A stretch of DNA of 64,000 nt from Felis catus (lineage: Eukaryota), in contig NC_058368.1 of NCBI RefSeq assembly GCF_018350175.1, forward strand, positions 72,604,001 through 72,668,000, in the 5' to 3' direction. A program made the position numbers and the translations under genes. Below are positions 63,992 to 64,000 of the stretch, piece after piece. Position 1 is the first letter of the stretch; every line of letters begins with the position of its first letter. The notes beneath the pieces were generated by a model. It searched no databases. It worked only from the letters and a program-made list of their open reading frames with translations, and was not told the origin of the DNA.

Positions 63992-64000
63992 TAGAAAGCA

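Noticed and set aside
1..64000. Identity of a host gene or locus
   Set aside because: No exon or peptide that I recognise; naming a gene would be a guess. Several MIR-like fragments (near 1430-1620, 35430-35620, 45580-45760, 59350-59760) were left unlisted because their boundaries are too uncertain.

Overview
AT-rich, non-coding mammalian DNA from a felid, most likely domestic cat or a close relative. The assignment rests on about 30 tRNA-derived CanSINEs, several of the young feline type GGGGCGCCTGGGTGGCGCAGTCGGTTAAGCGTCCGACTTC with intact target-site duplications (TSDs). I can support no protein-coding gene, RNA gene or CpG island; the supplied ORFs are short read-throughs of repeats or chance frames. 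The window looks like part of a long intron or an intergenic region. It holds SINEs, L1/L2/L3 fragments, MaLR LTRs, two solo ERV LTRs with 6-bp TSDs, old DNA transposons, microsatellites and a few repeat-free blocks rich in homeobox motifs. The most notable observations are: (i) a minus-strand cluster of strong splice signals at 2.2-3.5 kb, including a recursive-splice-type CAG|GTAAGT site followed by an 18-nt micro-exon with stops in all three frames; (ii) a class-II-like solo LTR that splits a MER20; (iii) a short L1 insertion with apparent 5' inversion and 3' transduction; (iv) a 21-bp locally templated insertion. Repeat family names are from recalled consensus motifs, not a database search, and boundaries of old repeats are approximate. 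I found no demonstrably novel biological system.
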